DNA of 63,484 nt, the filler included, from Stramenopiles sp. TOSAG23-2 (taxonomy: Eukaryota): the NCBI GenBank assembly GCA_900128395.1. It is 5 parts of 5 records of this genome, joined end to end, with 100 filler letters (N's around TTAATTAATTAA, not from the genome) between each part and the next. Parts side by side here need not be neighbours in the genome. Positions count along the whole stretch, not along the records: positions 1 to 12,655 come from LT649841.1; positions 12,756 to 25,381 come from LT649842.1; 3 more parts are not named here. The stretch is one strand, 5' to 3'. The notes beneath the pieces are model-generated. The model did not search any database and was not told where the DNA came from. It saw only the letters and a list, made by a program, of their open reading frames with translations. A program made the position numbers and the translations under genes. Positions 10,611 through 23,022 of this stretch are shown one piece after another (within the stretch, counting starts at the first letter, position 1; the number at the start of each line of letters is the position of its first letter).

Positions 10611-10851
10611 CAAAGTAGAAAAGCTTTTGGCCATTCGTTTGTGGTTTCCTCCTTTGTATTTTAATAAAAATCAATAGTGTGTAGTGTTATTTATTGATGG
10701 TAAAAAACATATATTCTCTACAAAATATAGATATATATACCTTCCACGGTGTACAAAGAACAACCACAACGAATATATATATATATATACCAACAACAAG
10801 TAGAACTATTATATTTATCTTCTAAAAAAAAAACAAACAAACACATATATC

Positions 10852-11628
10852 ATGTCGAAATTAGATCGTGCTTTATTAAAACAATGCATTGAGAATTTAT
10901 TAGCATTCTCTAATGGGGAAACCATTAAATGCCCAGATCCAAAAAAATCGGAAGATTACACCGGGGAACCACCAGAAACGGATCCACCAACCTTGCATAA
11001 AATGGGACGTGGTAACGTAAAAGACGGTATGGTAACAGGTAAAAAACGTAACTTTACTGAAACCGTGGAATTGCAAATTGCATTGAAAAATTACGATCCA
11101 TCAAAGGACAAACGTTTCAGTGGTACTTTCAAATTGCCAACTGTACCAAAACCAGTTTTGAAATATTGCTTATTAGGAACAGAAGCTGATTGTGAACGTG
11201 CAAAGAAAGTTGGTTTAGATTGTTTAACTGAGGATGACTTGAAGAAATTCAAAAAAGACAAGAAATTAGTTAAAAAATTAGCCGGTAAATACGACGGCTT
11301 CTTAGCATCTGCTAAATTGATCAAAAAAGTCCCACGTTTGCTCGGACCAGGTTTGAATCGTGCAGGTAAATTCCCAACTGTTGTTTCCCCAACACAAGAT
11401 TTCCAAGCAAAAATCGATGAGTTAGGTGCAACTATTAAATTCCAAATGAAAAAAGTTTTATGTTTAAATGTTGCTATTGCTAATTGCGATCAATCCGCTG
11501 ATCAGATCGAAACCAACGTTGTATTGGCAACTAACTTTTTAGCATCTTTGTTGAAAAAGAATTGGCAAAACATTGGTGTATTATATTTAAAAAGTACTAT
11601 GGGACCAAGATTTCAGATCTACTTTTAA
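10852..11628 (+). CDS. RPL10A: 60S ribosomal protein uL1 (L10a) with long N-terminal insertion
   Basis: KKRNFTETVELQIALKNYDPSKDKRFSG, PRLLGPGLNRAGKFP, KFQMKKVLCLNVA, SLLKKNWQN...LKSTMG. Confidence 0.97.
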   Translation: MSKLDRALLKQCIENLLAFSNGETIKCPDPKKSEDYTGEPPETDPPTLHKMGRGNVKDGMVTGKKRNFTETVELQIALKNYDPSKDKRFSGTFKLPTVPKPVLKYCLLGTEADCERAKKVGLDCLTEDDLKKFKKDKKLVKKLAGKYDGFLASAKLIKKVPRLLGPGLNRAGKFPTVVSPTQDFQAKIDELGATIKFQMKKVLCLNVAIANCDQSADQIETNVVLATNFLASLLKKNWQNIGVLYLKSTMGPRFQIYF

Positions 11629-12510
11629 ATATGTGTTTTTTGTATAGCACATATGTGATAATAATAATAGTTGATAATTAAAATAGTTTATATAGATGGA
11701 AACAAGATATTTTATATATATATATATATAATATGTAACAAAAATTTTTGAATTTGATAATTTTGTTTATATATATATATATATATATAGAATATTAAAC
11801 GGGTAGGAATTGTTTTTTTTTTAACAAAGTTATGAAAGTAGGGAATGCATTTTCAATAAAGGAACATAAGTCATTCCGCATTTTTTAATGTTTTTTTATT
11901 TTGTACAGATCATTATTATTTTTGAAATAAAATTTTAGAAAATTACAAAATGAAAAACATGAAAGATGTAACTGGTTACCAACGAGTTTCTCGTTTGTCT
12001 TGTAAAAGAGAGAAATGAAACGCTGGGAGGTTTCCTTTTATTTATTTAAATTAAAAAAAAAAATTATGGAAAAAAAAGTATTGAATAATTTGATTGCTTT
12101 TGATTTTAAAATGATATGTAATCTCGAAAGAGTTTTACATTTAAAATATTTGTTGAATCAAATGTAAAAGATGTGATATTAATCGCGAGCGTATTAAAAA
12201 TTTTAAAAAGTAAAACGAATAATATAGAAATGATGGGTTTTCACCCTTTTTTTTTCATATAAAACAAACAAAATACGAGTGTAGTACGAGTGTCGAGTGT
12301 AGTACGAGTGTCGTACTTCGTAGATTTTATAAAGGAAATAATCACTCTTTCTTCCTACATATTCTCTCAAACTTCTCATGAAACCACACACAACGCACGG
12401 TGTATTTGCATCGTATCTCTCATATCATATTTGTAAAAACGTTACTGATATGATATGATTACACATTATATAATACTCCACGGTATGATTTATATAAACA
12501 TTGTACTTCG

Positions 12511-12557
12511 TACTTAACCCGAGAAGTGTAAAATTATAACTTAGATTTTAACCATCA
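12511..12557 (+). repeat. Dispersed repeat family, 3' fragment (copy D)
   Basis: tacttaacccgagaagtgtaaaattataacttagattttaaccatca matches the 3' end of copy A. Confidence 0.7.
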
Positions 12558-12655
12558 ATCTTTATAAACACTGATATTTACGCGTGTATATCATATCATA
12601 AATCCACCCCTGGGGAATTCAAAACCACCAAACTTTGGAAAACCTATGGACTATT

Positions 12656-12755
12656 NNNNNNNNNNNNNNNNNNNNNNNNNNNNNNNNNNNNNNNNNNNNT
12701 TAATTAATTAANNNNNNNNNNNNNNNNNNNNNNNNNNNNNNNNNNNNNNNNNNNN
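12656..12755. other. Artificial contig-joining linker
   Basis: 44 N + TTAATTAATTAA (stops in all six frames) + 44 N. Confidence 0.97.
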
Positions 12756-12756
12756 C

Positions 12757-13365
12757 AACAACAACAACAACAATAATCGCCGTAACAATGATGGTAAAGA
12801 AGCAAGAAGAGGTAATGATCGACGTAATAATAATAACAATAACAACAACAAAGCACGTGCACCACCACAAGCACCATCTAAAAATGATAAACGTGGACCA
12901 AAACCACCACAATCAAAGCCAAAGCAAACGACGAAAAAACCTGCTGCAAATAATAAAAGCAATAATGGTAATAGTAACAATAAAGAGAAGACGAAAGTTG
13001 ATACAAAGAAAAAAGATACAAGTAATAAGAAACCGGATAGCAAAAAGAAAAAAACAACAACTGGCGCTGTTAATAAAGACAAGAAAAAAGTGGATGCGAA
13101 GAAGAAAGTTGATACGAAAAAGAAAGATACAAGTAAAAAAACATCGAATGGCAACAACAACAGCAACAACAAGAAAAAAACTGCTAATAATACTAGCAAA
13201 GACAAGAAAAAATCGGATGGTAAGAAGAAAGATACGAGTAGCAAAAAACCAGATAACAAAAACAAAAAAAGCGACAACAGCAGCAATACGCCAAATAAAA
13301 AGAATATTAGCTTAAAGGAATTACGCGAGCAACGTGGAAAGAAAGCTAAAAAAGATGGAAATTAA
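12757..13365 (+). CDS. 3' end of a Lys/Asn-rich low-complexity protein (5'-truncated)
   Basis: Frame appears open from the contig edge (NNNNNRRNNDGKEARRG...) through repeated KKDTSSKKPD-like units to ...KKAKKDGN*. Confidence 0.6.
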   Translation, partial: NNNNNNNRRNNDGKEARRGNDRRNNNNNNNNKARAPPQAPSKNDKRGPKPPQSKPKQTTKKPAANNKSNNGNSNNKEKTKVDTKKKDTSNKKPDSKKKKTTTGAVNKDKKKVDAKKKVDTKKKDTSKKTSNGNNNSNNKKKTANNTSKDKKKSDGKKKDTSSKKPDNKNKKSDNSSNTPNKKNISLKELREQRGKKAKKDGN

Positions 13366-13909
13366 AAATAAGTGTGTACAGCAGCAATACGCCAAATAAA
13401 AAGAATATTAGCTTAAAGGAATTACGCGAGCAACGTGGAAAGAAAGCTAAAAAAGATGGAAATTAAAAATAAGTGTGTGTGTGTACACACTAAAAAACCC
13501 ACCACCTCGCGCCTCGCGCGACGCGAAGAAAGAAGTACGTTTCGTACGTAAGAAGAGTCGGGGAGAGGGGAGAGAGTGCTGGTTCATTAAATTAAGTAAT
13601 ATTAATATATACATGTAACTCTGAGATGTACAGCAGTGGAGTGTTGTGTGGTTTTATATTTTTAATGTGCATCATATCTCTCAGAAGATTCTTTTTTTTT
13701 ATTTTTATATAAATTTGTCGTTTTAAAAACGCACGTTAAAATCTTAAATCTCTAAAGATCTCAAAATTCAAAACGCTTTTAACATCTCTGAAGGGACACA
13801 CACTTTTGTTGTACACTACGAGTTCACGAGTTTGTAGTAAAATAATGCTACCGCAAAACTCACACATTATATTATAATATCGATTTTAACCATTTCACAT
13901 TTATATATC

Positions 13910-16704
13910 TCACATTGGTGCACCTTCTCCATTTCTCAACGCACCAATTGAAGATTCTAATGATGAAATCATATCTTTTAAAGCACGTATACGTTGATGT
14001 GGATTAGACGATGCCGTCCCCATGTTATTGCCAAACTCAACGCACCAATTGAAGATTCTAATGATGAAATCATATCTTTTAAAGCACGTATACGTTGATG
14101 TGGATTAGACGATGCCGTCCCCATGTTATTGCCAAAATTATTTGTATATGTACTTATATTATTATTACTTTCTGTAAATAATCGACGTCTAGGACTTCTA
14201 CTACTAGCTCCACGTCGACTTCTTGGTGGACTTGTTGCAAATGTATTACCCATTGGATGATTACCACTTTCGGTATTATAATGAAAATATTGATTTCTAT
14301 TTCGTGGCGAGGTTGTTCTTGCTCTTCTATTACCTCCATTATTATTATTATTATAGTTACCATTCACATCATCTAAATTCCAAGATCTTGTAATTTTTAA
14401 CGAAGATCCCCCATTGGTAGAGTGATCCCGCTGCTGCTGTTGTTGATGTTGACTTTGTTGAAAACGATTGTTTCGATTCATACCATTCCGACCTTGGCTT
14501 CTAGATCTTCCTGGATCCGTTGCTGGTGGTTGTGGTACAAATACCCACATACCTTGATTTGTCGGCATAACTGCAGTAGTTACAGTGCCTGACCATGGTG
14601 TGCTTAAATTCGCTAGTTGTGGTGGTGGACTTGATCCTCTATTATTGCTATTGTCAAAATTATTATTCCTATTGTTGTTGTTGTTGTTATTAAAGTTTCT
14701 TGTTAAAGGCATCCTATTGTTATCCCTATGATTATTATTATTATTATTAGCACCAACTAATTTATCTCCAAATTCATCACTGATATATATGTCTTCATTA
14801 CCGGAAAATTTACGATCAATCATTGCATGTACTGGTGATGATGGTGGTACTTGTTGATAATTATTAATATTTTCTCTTCGTCGATCATGGTGTTCTATTG
14901 CATTATTCATATGCTGTGTATCAAAAAGACTATCTACATCGCTGTCATGCTCATGTAAATATTGACTCATTTCATGGACGTTGTCCACTATTGCATTATT
15001 CATATGCTGTGTATCAAAAAGACTATCTACATCGCTGTCATGCTCATGTAAATATTGACTCATTTCATGGACGTTGTCCATATCATCCCATGTAATTGGA
15101 TTTAACAATCCAGGTGGCGAGTCTCTACTGTTACTATCATGTTCTTTTTTTGGTTCGTCTTGATATTGTTCAGATACTAGTGGCGCAAGGACATCAATAC
15201 CTTCTAAATCTTCTTCATCGTCTGAACCTTTATCAAACCAATCGTATTCTTCCGTAGCATCTTCTATTTTTACTTTTGGCATTAAATCATTGATTTTTAT
15301 ACCCTCAGGGAAGTTACGATTTAACATTTCATCAAAACTTAAATCTAATATTTCATCAATTGCTTGATCGCCACTTTTACTTTTATCTTCCTTTTCTTGC
15401 AAAACTTTACCATGTTTACCAGCGTATGAATATTTTGTAGATGCAAATGTAGGATTTGATTCTTCAACCGGTTGTGACAATTGCGTATGAATAGTCGCAA
15501 TGGATTTTGGTATATATGTTGTCATTGAAAAAGGTGGATCCCATAATTTTGTTTTAAACTCCATGGAAGAAGCTTCGGATGAGGATGATGATTGTAATGA
15601 GAATGGAGAGGTAATACCATGTTCACCAAGTAAATTTCGTTGCGATTTTTTCCGTGGTAAAAATCTTGCATATAAAATTTCTAAATCAACACGTCGTTTT
15701 AATTTTTTACGTTTATGTGGGCGCGAATGAATTGGTAAAAGCTTGTCTTTTATACGTTGTATATGTTCACTTCGTTGAAACGCACCATGTGGTACATGAT
15801 GTTCTTTGGTATGTATACCATGTGAAAAAATGGGATGGAGTTGTGTACATGGTAATAATAATTGTTTTTTCACATTTAAAAATGCTGTACGTTTTGGCAT
15901 ACGAACATAATTCATATAATCTTCATCTTCTATTTCTTCTTCTTCTATTATTATTTCTTCTTTTTGTATCTCCATATCGATATTACTACTATTATTATCA
16001 TTAATGTTATTATTTGTTTTTTTTTCAATATCTAATACATTATTATTTGTTTGTATTTTTTCTTGTTGTTCTTTGTTTTCATTTTCTATTGATATTCCAT
16101 GGAAAGGTTTTTTTACATTTTTTGGCTTCGAATCTTTTTTAATTTTTATCTTTATCTTTTTTCGTTTCGGAGGAGGAGGAGGTGCAATTGATATTGTTTT
16201 TTCCTTTGAAACATCATCTTCTGTTGTTGATTCTTCCTTTTCTGCTGTTGTTTTATCGTTTTTTGAAGCCTCATTTCCATCTTCTTCTGTTTCTGTAGTA
16301 GTTACATTGACGTTTTGAGATTCATCTACTTTGTCGTTTTGAGATTCATCTACTTTGTCGTTTTGAGATTCATCAACTTTGTCTTGTTCCGATTCATCTA
16401 CTTTGTCTTTTTCCGATTCTTCTTGTTCAATTTTGTTATTATCATTATTTTCTCCTGTTACTACTACTTCTTCATCTTCTCCTTTTGGTGGCAATGTTGT
16501 TGTTTCGTCTCCTTCCGACTTTTTTACTACGTTTGATCCTTCTGTTGCTAAAGTTGGTGCTGTAATACTATCTTCAAGATCAGTGGCTGCTAATGCATTG
16601 TCCGTTTTACTATTATCGGTTTTATTAGTTGTTTCAATAATTGATGGCGTCTCACCATTTTCATTGATAACAGACTTATCTTCTTCTTCTTCAGTACTAC
16701 TCAT
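13910..16704 (-). CDS. Large low-complexity protein of unknown function (acidic N-terminus, Asn/Arg-rich C-terminus)
   Basis: 908-aa ORF 13978-16704. Removing the 101-bp tandem duplication at 13935-14136 gives a likely true end ...SSIGALRNGEGAPM* (TGA at 13910-13912). Contains DKVDES(E/Q) repeats and an exact 93-bp in-frame duplication. Confidence 0.7.
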
Positions 16705-17910
16705 TGTTGTTTGAAGGTGAATGTACTATATTATTATTTCAATCTATTCAAAAAAAAACGTATTACTTTTATGCAATATACATTGTTAATGAATAAATAA
16801 TAAATTTATCTACGTAATAAGTATATGGCTATATGTGTCTGTATCTATATGCCTATTTTGTTAATTAGGACATTTGTTACGTTTTAATCTATGAATATTA
16901 CTATGTATGATGTATACTATAGTACATTTATTAAGCCTATGCGCGCGAGAAGACGTCATCAGATATATGTGTTGGAGTTGTCGAAAACCCATACAGGTTA
17001 TAATAGAAATATTGTTTGTTTTATTTTTTAATGTATTTCATTATATATTTACTATTTTCTGTCTACACAATAGGTAGCAAATAATAATACAATTTATGTA
17101 TGGTATTGGTATTTGTGTATATACTATAATACCATTGTTGTAAGTTATAACTGATCAATTCATACAACATACAACTTACATTAGGCTGGCAGCTAGCCCG
17201 CTGGCATAAATTCGTAGACTAGTTATTGGTTATTGGTTATTGGACGACTACTATTAGCATGTGTGAGGTGTGAGCTGTGAGCCTCACGAGCTCACGAGCT
17301 GACCAACAAAACCTCTGATTTCTGATGATGTTCTGATGATGTTCTGATGCTCTGAGTTCTGTGATGTTATTTAAAATTTAAAGTATATAAAGTTTTATAG
17401 TAAAATTGCCACCAGGCAAAATCAAAAAGTCTGGAAAAAGTCTAAAATTGTATTTCTAGTCTAAACAATATTTTTGCTACAGTATAAGTATGGGATTATA
17501 TATATTGGCAAAATGATTCATAGTATTTAACTTTGTCATTGTATAAATTAATGTATTAAAAGTGTATTATAAATTAACGGAGGTATAAGATAGGGTACTC
17601 AAAATATCGAACTCAGGGTGTGTCATTTTGTGCCAAAACGAGGAAGTTTTTTAATTTGTTGTGTTCAAGAACTCAAAAAAAAGAAGGGCGAAAAAGAAAG
17701 CAAAACGAGGAGTTTTTTTGTTGTTAAAAAAAAGAGGGGCAACACATCGACCATACAACTGCAATAGCATTAAAAAAAAAGAATACAGTCATTTGCTGCC
17801 ACGTCGCCTAAAATTACTACTACAATACCATATCTTTACATCTTTACAAATATACAGATAAACAAACATATATACACAAACATACATACACACAGACACA
17901 CATACATACA

Positions 17911-17942
<32 letters not shown>

Positions 17943-18073
17943 AATAAATATTCATATAGAAAAAATCTTACAGAAAACAATTTAAAACCATGAAAGTAGC
18001 ACTATTCGTATTAATCTTTACAAATATACAGATAAACAAACATATATACACAAACATACATACACACATACAC

Positions 18074-18104
<31 letters not shown>

Positions 18105-18151
18105 AATAAATATTCATATAGAAAAAATCTTACAGAAAACAATTTAAAACC

Positions 18152-20351
18152 ATGAAAGTAGCACTATTCGTATTATTGGCAATTGCCGTAACTGCAAACG
18201 CAAATATGTTGCGTACTCCACTTTTGGCTGTATGCCGTGGGGATGCTCCAGCAGCAAAATGCTGCGAGTACAAACAAGGTGAAGACCACGATTTATACTT
18301 GAAACCAAAAGGTCAAAGCAGCTGCTGTAACAAGCAAACGCAAATATGTTGCGTACTCCACTTTTGGCTGTATGCCGTGGGGATGCTCCAGCAGCAAAAT
18401 GCTGCGAGTACAAACAAGGTGAAGACCACGATTTATACTTGAAACCAAAAGGTCAAAGCAGCTGCTGTAACAAGAATATTGGTATGTGGGTACCATCAGT
18501 TGATAAAGCATTGGACAACCAATACTGCAATGGTCAAGACAATACTGATTACAATTTCTTAAAACGCAACTTAAAAGAAATGGCATCAACAGCTATTCAA
18601 TTTAAACGTACACTTGAGGGCTTGAAAGCTGAGAAAAAAAACTACGAAGCAGAATTCAGATCAAACTACGTTAAACACGAGAAACACGAGAATAAAAACC
18701 AAAAAAAGCTTGACGACAAAATTAAAATGATGCACGACAAAGAAAATGAAGCAGCTGATACTAAAAAATCATACAAACAAACTGTTACACTCTTGGACAG
18801 CACGTTGAAATACATTGAAAAAAGCAAAGCTTCCTTCATCACAGAATGGAACAAAATTGTTGTCGAATCTAAACAATCCAGAAAGAAACTTGTGGAAGCA
18901 CTTGATGACGTCAACAAAATGGAAGCAAAGTTAATCAAAGAAACAGATGCCTTTGCCGCATGAAACAATCCAGAAAGAAACTTGTGGAAGCACTTGATGA
19001 CGTCAACAAAATGGAAGCAAAGTTAATCAAAGAAACAGATGCCTTTGCCGCATGTAAAATCGAAGACAAGAAGAAAAAAATGGAAGTTGATGAATTACAA
19101 AAAGTAATCAAGGAAGAGATGGATGCTGTTAAATCGACCTCAGGTAAAGTTTCTGAAGCAGAAATCAATTTGGAAAAAACGAAATTGGAAACCGAAGAAC
19201 AAGCAAAGGCAATGAACGATAAAATCCAAACCGCAACCGATGGCTTAAAAGGCATGAAAGCAGACGAAGAGAAATTGGCAAAAGATTTAGACGGTCTTGC
19301 TGGACTTTTGGCAAAAGCAGAAGAGAAATTAAAGGCTTCAGCAGAAAATCTTGAAGAATCTGAAAAAAAATTAGCTGCGGAATCTCTTCTTGAAGTTCAA
19401 GGACCAAAAGGCTTGAAAGGTTTTGCTGGAAAAGTGAAAGCTGGTATTGGTGGCGCATTAAAAGCATTCTCCAACTGGTGGAACAGAGACTGTAATGAAG
19501 ATTGCAAAGCATTGAAAGCATACAGTGCAAAGAATTACATTAAAAACAGACAAGACGATGCTGCTGTTAGAGGACAACCAGTAACCTTGACTAAAATTTT
19601 CACTGATAACTTGGCATCAATGGCTAAACGTTTGAGTCACATGGAAGATGTAGCAAAACGTTACGAAGACCTTCATGCACATGATGTTAATTTACACCAA
19701 GAAATCATGGCACAAATTGACGCACAATTCAAAGATGTTAAAGACAAAATGAAGGTAATTGAAGCTCAAATTGCTGCATTTGAAACAAAACGAGCAACGA
19801 ACCAAGTATTAATTGAAAAATTAAATAAAGAATTACAAAGTATGATGCAAGCACAAAACGAGAAAATCTCAAGTGAGAAAAGAATGATTGAAAAGAATAA
19901 CAAAGATACCAAGAATTTGATCAGTAGAATGGAATTATTAGCAGTACGTGTTGGTGTTGTTGCAAAACAAAACGCAGCATGCAAAGCAGGCGTTGAAATG
20001 TTAAAGAAAGACGTAGCAAGTAAAAAGAAAGAGCAAGAACTTATTGAAAAGAAACAAAAAGAATTGGAAGGAAAATTGGCTGCAGTAGAGAAAGAAACCC
20101 AACGTGTTAAAGACAAATCAAGTGAACACCAAGCAAAATTAGAAAGTGAATTACAACAAGTTGAAGATGAAAGAAAAGAAACCGATGAAAATATCCAACG
20201 ATTCACAGAAGACTTAAGTGATGGTAAAGCAAAAGGAAAAGCAATGATGGCTAAAACAAAAGAAAACGGCAATCAACAAGAAGCAAATGAAAAGGCATTG
20301 AAAAAGAAGAAAGATGCAAAGAATGATGCTTTAGATGCTGCATTTGATTAA
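18152..20351 (+). CDS. Secreted coiled-coil protein with Cys-rich N-terminal domain (~655 aa after removing duplications)
   Basis: Signal peptide MKVALFVLLAIAVTANA. Three ORFs (18152, 18346, 18960) join into one frame once the exact 140-bp and 92-bp tandem duplications are removed (2200-232=1968 nt). Confidence 0.8.
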
Positions 20352-20568
20352 ATTAAAAAGACTATTTACGTAGACGACGACTATGTTTCTACAAAAACAA
20401 TTCATATTATCTATATTTTTTGAAACCTGGATTGCAGCGATTATCAAAATTGAACGAATTTTTTATTTTTGCCAGAGGAGTAGATTTTGCTTTTGGTTAT
20501 GATGCAATTCATGTATAAAAAAAATATTTTTAAAATACAATATATCACATTCACATTTTTAATAAAAA

Positions 20569-20699
20569 ACACTTCCCGTGCTAAGTAATATGCTCAATAC
20601 TCAATCGCAAGAATAATACTCTATCCTGACTTTAGTAAAAGCTCTAATGCACCTCTGCAAACTAATACTCTACAAAGCATGAGTAGGTTTCTATCCTTC
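20569..20699 (-). repeat. Dispersed repeat family, copy B
   Basis: Reverse complement aligns over ~130 bp with 2337-2464, with few differences. Confidence 0.85.
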
Positions 20700-20962
20700 T
20701 AAAAACTATATATATATATATATAAAGAGTATTATGGTACATACACGTGCGTACATATTTTGTAATGTGTGCGTGAATTTTTTTTTTATACGAAGTACGC
20801 GGTACGAACTTCGTAAAACCACAAAAAACGTAAACATATGATACAACACCCACACCCTGTTACTGTCTCTCATAATTTACTAAATTTACCATCTCCGTGG
20901 TGTTGAACATTATCATTATTATGATCACTTTTTGATGATGTTGCTTCATTAAAAACTGTCTC

Positions 20963-22066
20963 TCATAATTTACTAAATTTACCATCTCCGTGGTGTTGAA
21001 CATTATCATTATTATGATCACTTTTTGATGATGTTGCTTCATTAAAAATCCATTCAAGTGTTTGTGGTAACATATTCAACCCGTGCCTTCCACTGTGCGT
21101 ACCCTTACCAAATACAAATCGTATATCCGTTTTGGGATATTGAGCATATAATAATGCTTTGTACATTGCATAATTACCAAGTGGCCAGCTACCATGATTA
21201 TTATCAATATCCAATTCACCAGATTGTAAAAATACACGTATATTTTTTTTATGTGTATTTCGTATGATCCATGGAAAATTAGATGCACCACGAATATTTA
21301 CAAAGCTACCTATATGCGATATACATAAACCAAATTGATCAGGACGATGAAAACACGCTGTAAATGCTGCTACTGCACCACTACTAGATCCACATAAACA
21401 ACGTTTTCGTGGATTTGTAGTCAATGCAATATTTGGATTTTCTTTTTTAAAAAATGGTATTAAATCCTTCATTAAAAATTGCGAGTTTGTATCCGTAATT
21501 GAATCATATTCAAAAGAGCGTTGTGGATCGTCATGTAAAATATTTGTTTTGCCTTCGATGTCATCGTCTCGATACTTCCCCAATGGATGCCCTGGCCTTC
21601 TTCCTGGAGTCACGAAAATAGCAACAGTAGGTTCCAAGCGTTGTTGATGGATCATGTTATCCAATATCGTTGGTAAAACATTGAAATTGCTTGCATCAAA
21701 ACAAATGATTAAGTTATATTCTGTTGTTGTTTGTTTTTTCTTCATTTTTGTTTTGTTATTGTTGTTATTATTACCATTATTTGATACGTACGTAAAGATA
21801 TATCGTTCTGTTCCAGGGAATATAGTGGATTGATTCCATTTCTTATATTTTTTCATAATACCTGGTGTGTTGATTTGATTATTTTGTATTGTTTCCGGTG
21901 GTAATGGATACAATTTAGTTTCCATTTTATGTACATCTGGGTTCGTCCAATCTCTTGTTTCTTTGTTTAAATTAACATTAAAACTACCTGAACCGGTACG
22001 TGTATCATCCAATTTCTCTTCAAATGGTTGATCCAAATGAAAGTATTTATATATTTCAACATCCAT
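20963..22066 (-). CDS. Enterochelin-esterase-like (Fes/putative esterase family) alpha/beta hydrolase with PTS1 (SKL)
   Basis: STIFPGTERYIFTYV, RSFEYDS, nucleophile GSSSGAVAAF, RPDQFG..SHIGSFVNIRG, IRVFLQSGELD, FGKGTHSGRHG; ends DGKFSKL*. Confidence 0.85.
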   Translation of the reverse strand: MDVEIYKYFHLDQPFEEKLDDTRTGSGSFNVNLNKETRDWTNPDVHKMETKLYPLPPETIQNNQINTPGIMKKYKKWNQSTIFPGTERYIFTYVSNNGNNNNNNKTKMKKKQTTTEYNLIICFDASNFNVLPTILDNMIHQQRLEPTVAIFVTPGRRPGHPLGKYRDDDIEGKTNILHDDPQRSFEYDSITDTNSQFLMKDLIPFFKKENPNIALTTNPRKRCLCGSSSGAVAAFTACFHRPDQFGLCISHIGSFVNIRGASNFPWIIRNTHKKNIRVFLQSGELDIDNNHGSWPLGNYAMYKALLYAQYPKTDIRFVFGKGTHSGRHGLNMLPQTLEWIFNEATSSKSDHNNDNVQHHGDGKFSKL

Positions 22067-22078
22067 ATCTCTTGTCGT

Positions 22079-22111
<33 letters not shown>

Positions 22112-22522
22112 TCTTCAAATGGTTGATCCAAATGAAAGTATTTATATATTTCAACATCCATATCTCTTGTCGTTGTATATATATATATATATATATATAG
22201 TATTGTTCTTTTTTGGTATTTTTCTTTTGGATATGTATATATATATATGATATATATATTTATAATTCAACACGCGTTGGACAAGCGTTTTAACAACACA
22301 AAACAACGTTTTTTCATGCAAGAGAAAAAACGGAAAAGTATATGCAAAAAAATGTAAAAAGTTCAACTCGATAGAAAAAACAAATAATGCAATGGGAGAT
22401 TATACATAACCAATTAGCATTTCTAAAATGATATGGTATTCAAGATGATATTATACGCAATACGATCGTATTTAATATTTACCTGGGTCATCTGCCATTC
22501 GAAATGTACATATACAGAATAT

Positions 22523-22621
22523 TTATTCTCGAGATTGAGTATTGAGCATATATATGATATGATATATATATGATATTATTTACCATGAGAAGTAAAACTA
22601 TTATAACTTAGATTTTAACCA
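22523..22621 (+). repeat. Dispersed repeat family, partial copy C
   Basis: ttattctcgagattgagtattgagcata...gagaagtaaaactattataacttagattttaacca. Confidence 0.7.
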
Positions 22622-23022
22622 ATATTATAATATTTTTACTCTTGCATATTTTTTACGGAATGAAAAGCTACCATGTACACTCCTCACTTTTTCTTAAAAA
22701 ATGCACTCTCTAACAACCAGATTCACACAACAAACAACAACAAAAATAAATATACTCTCAAACCCTTTACACACACATAAATTATTATATATTATATAAT
22801 TGGAAAAGGCTGTGATAAATAGTATACGTTCCTAACATTTCATATATCTATGTTTGTATTTTCTCTTCTATATCCATAAATATATATAAATACAATTTAC
22901 CCGATTGGTTTTGGTATCTATTTTACGCACTTGGGAATTGATGCCCAGCTGCATATTTTCCATTGACAAAATGATATAATTGTCGTTCAATACAATTTAC
23001 CCGATTGGTTTTGGTATCTATT

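Noticed and set aside
12656-12755. TTAATTAATTAA motif in N runs, four times at ~12.7-kb spacing
   Set aside because: Synthetic six-frame-stop linker joining length-sorted contigs; gene neighbourhoods across it mean nothing.
12708-13315. Hydrophobic 192-aa minus-strand ORF and the 175-aa alternative-frame ORF
   Set aside because: Shadows of the Lys/Asn-rich coding frame; the same applies to most short antisense ORFs in the track.
14895-15080. 31-aa internal protein repeat
   Set aside because: Nucleotide-identical 93-bp duplication in the same size class as the other artefacts.
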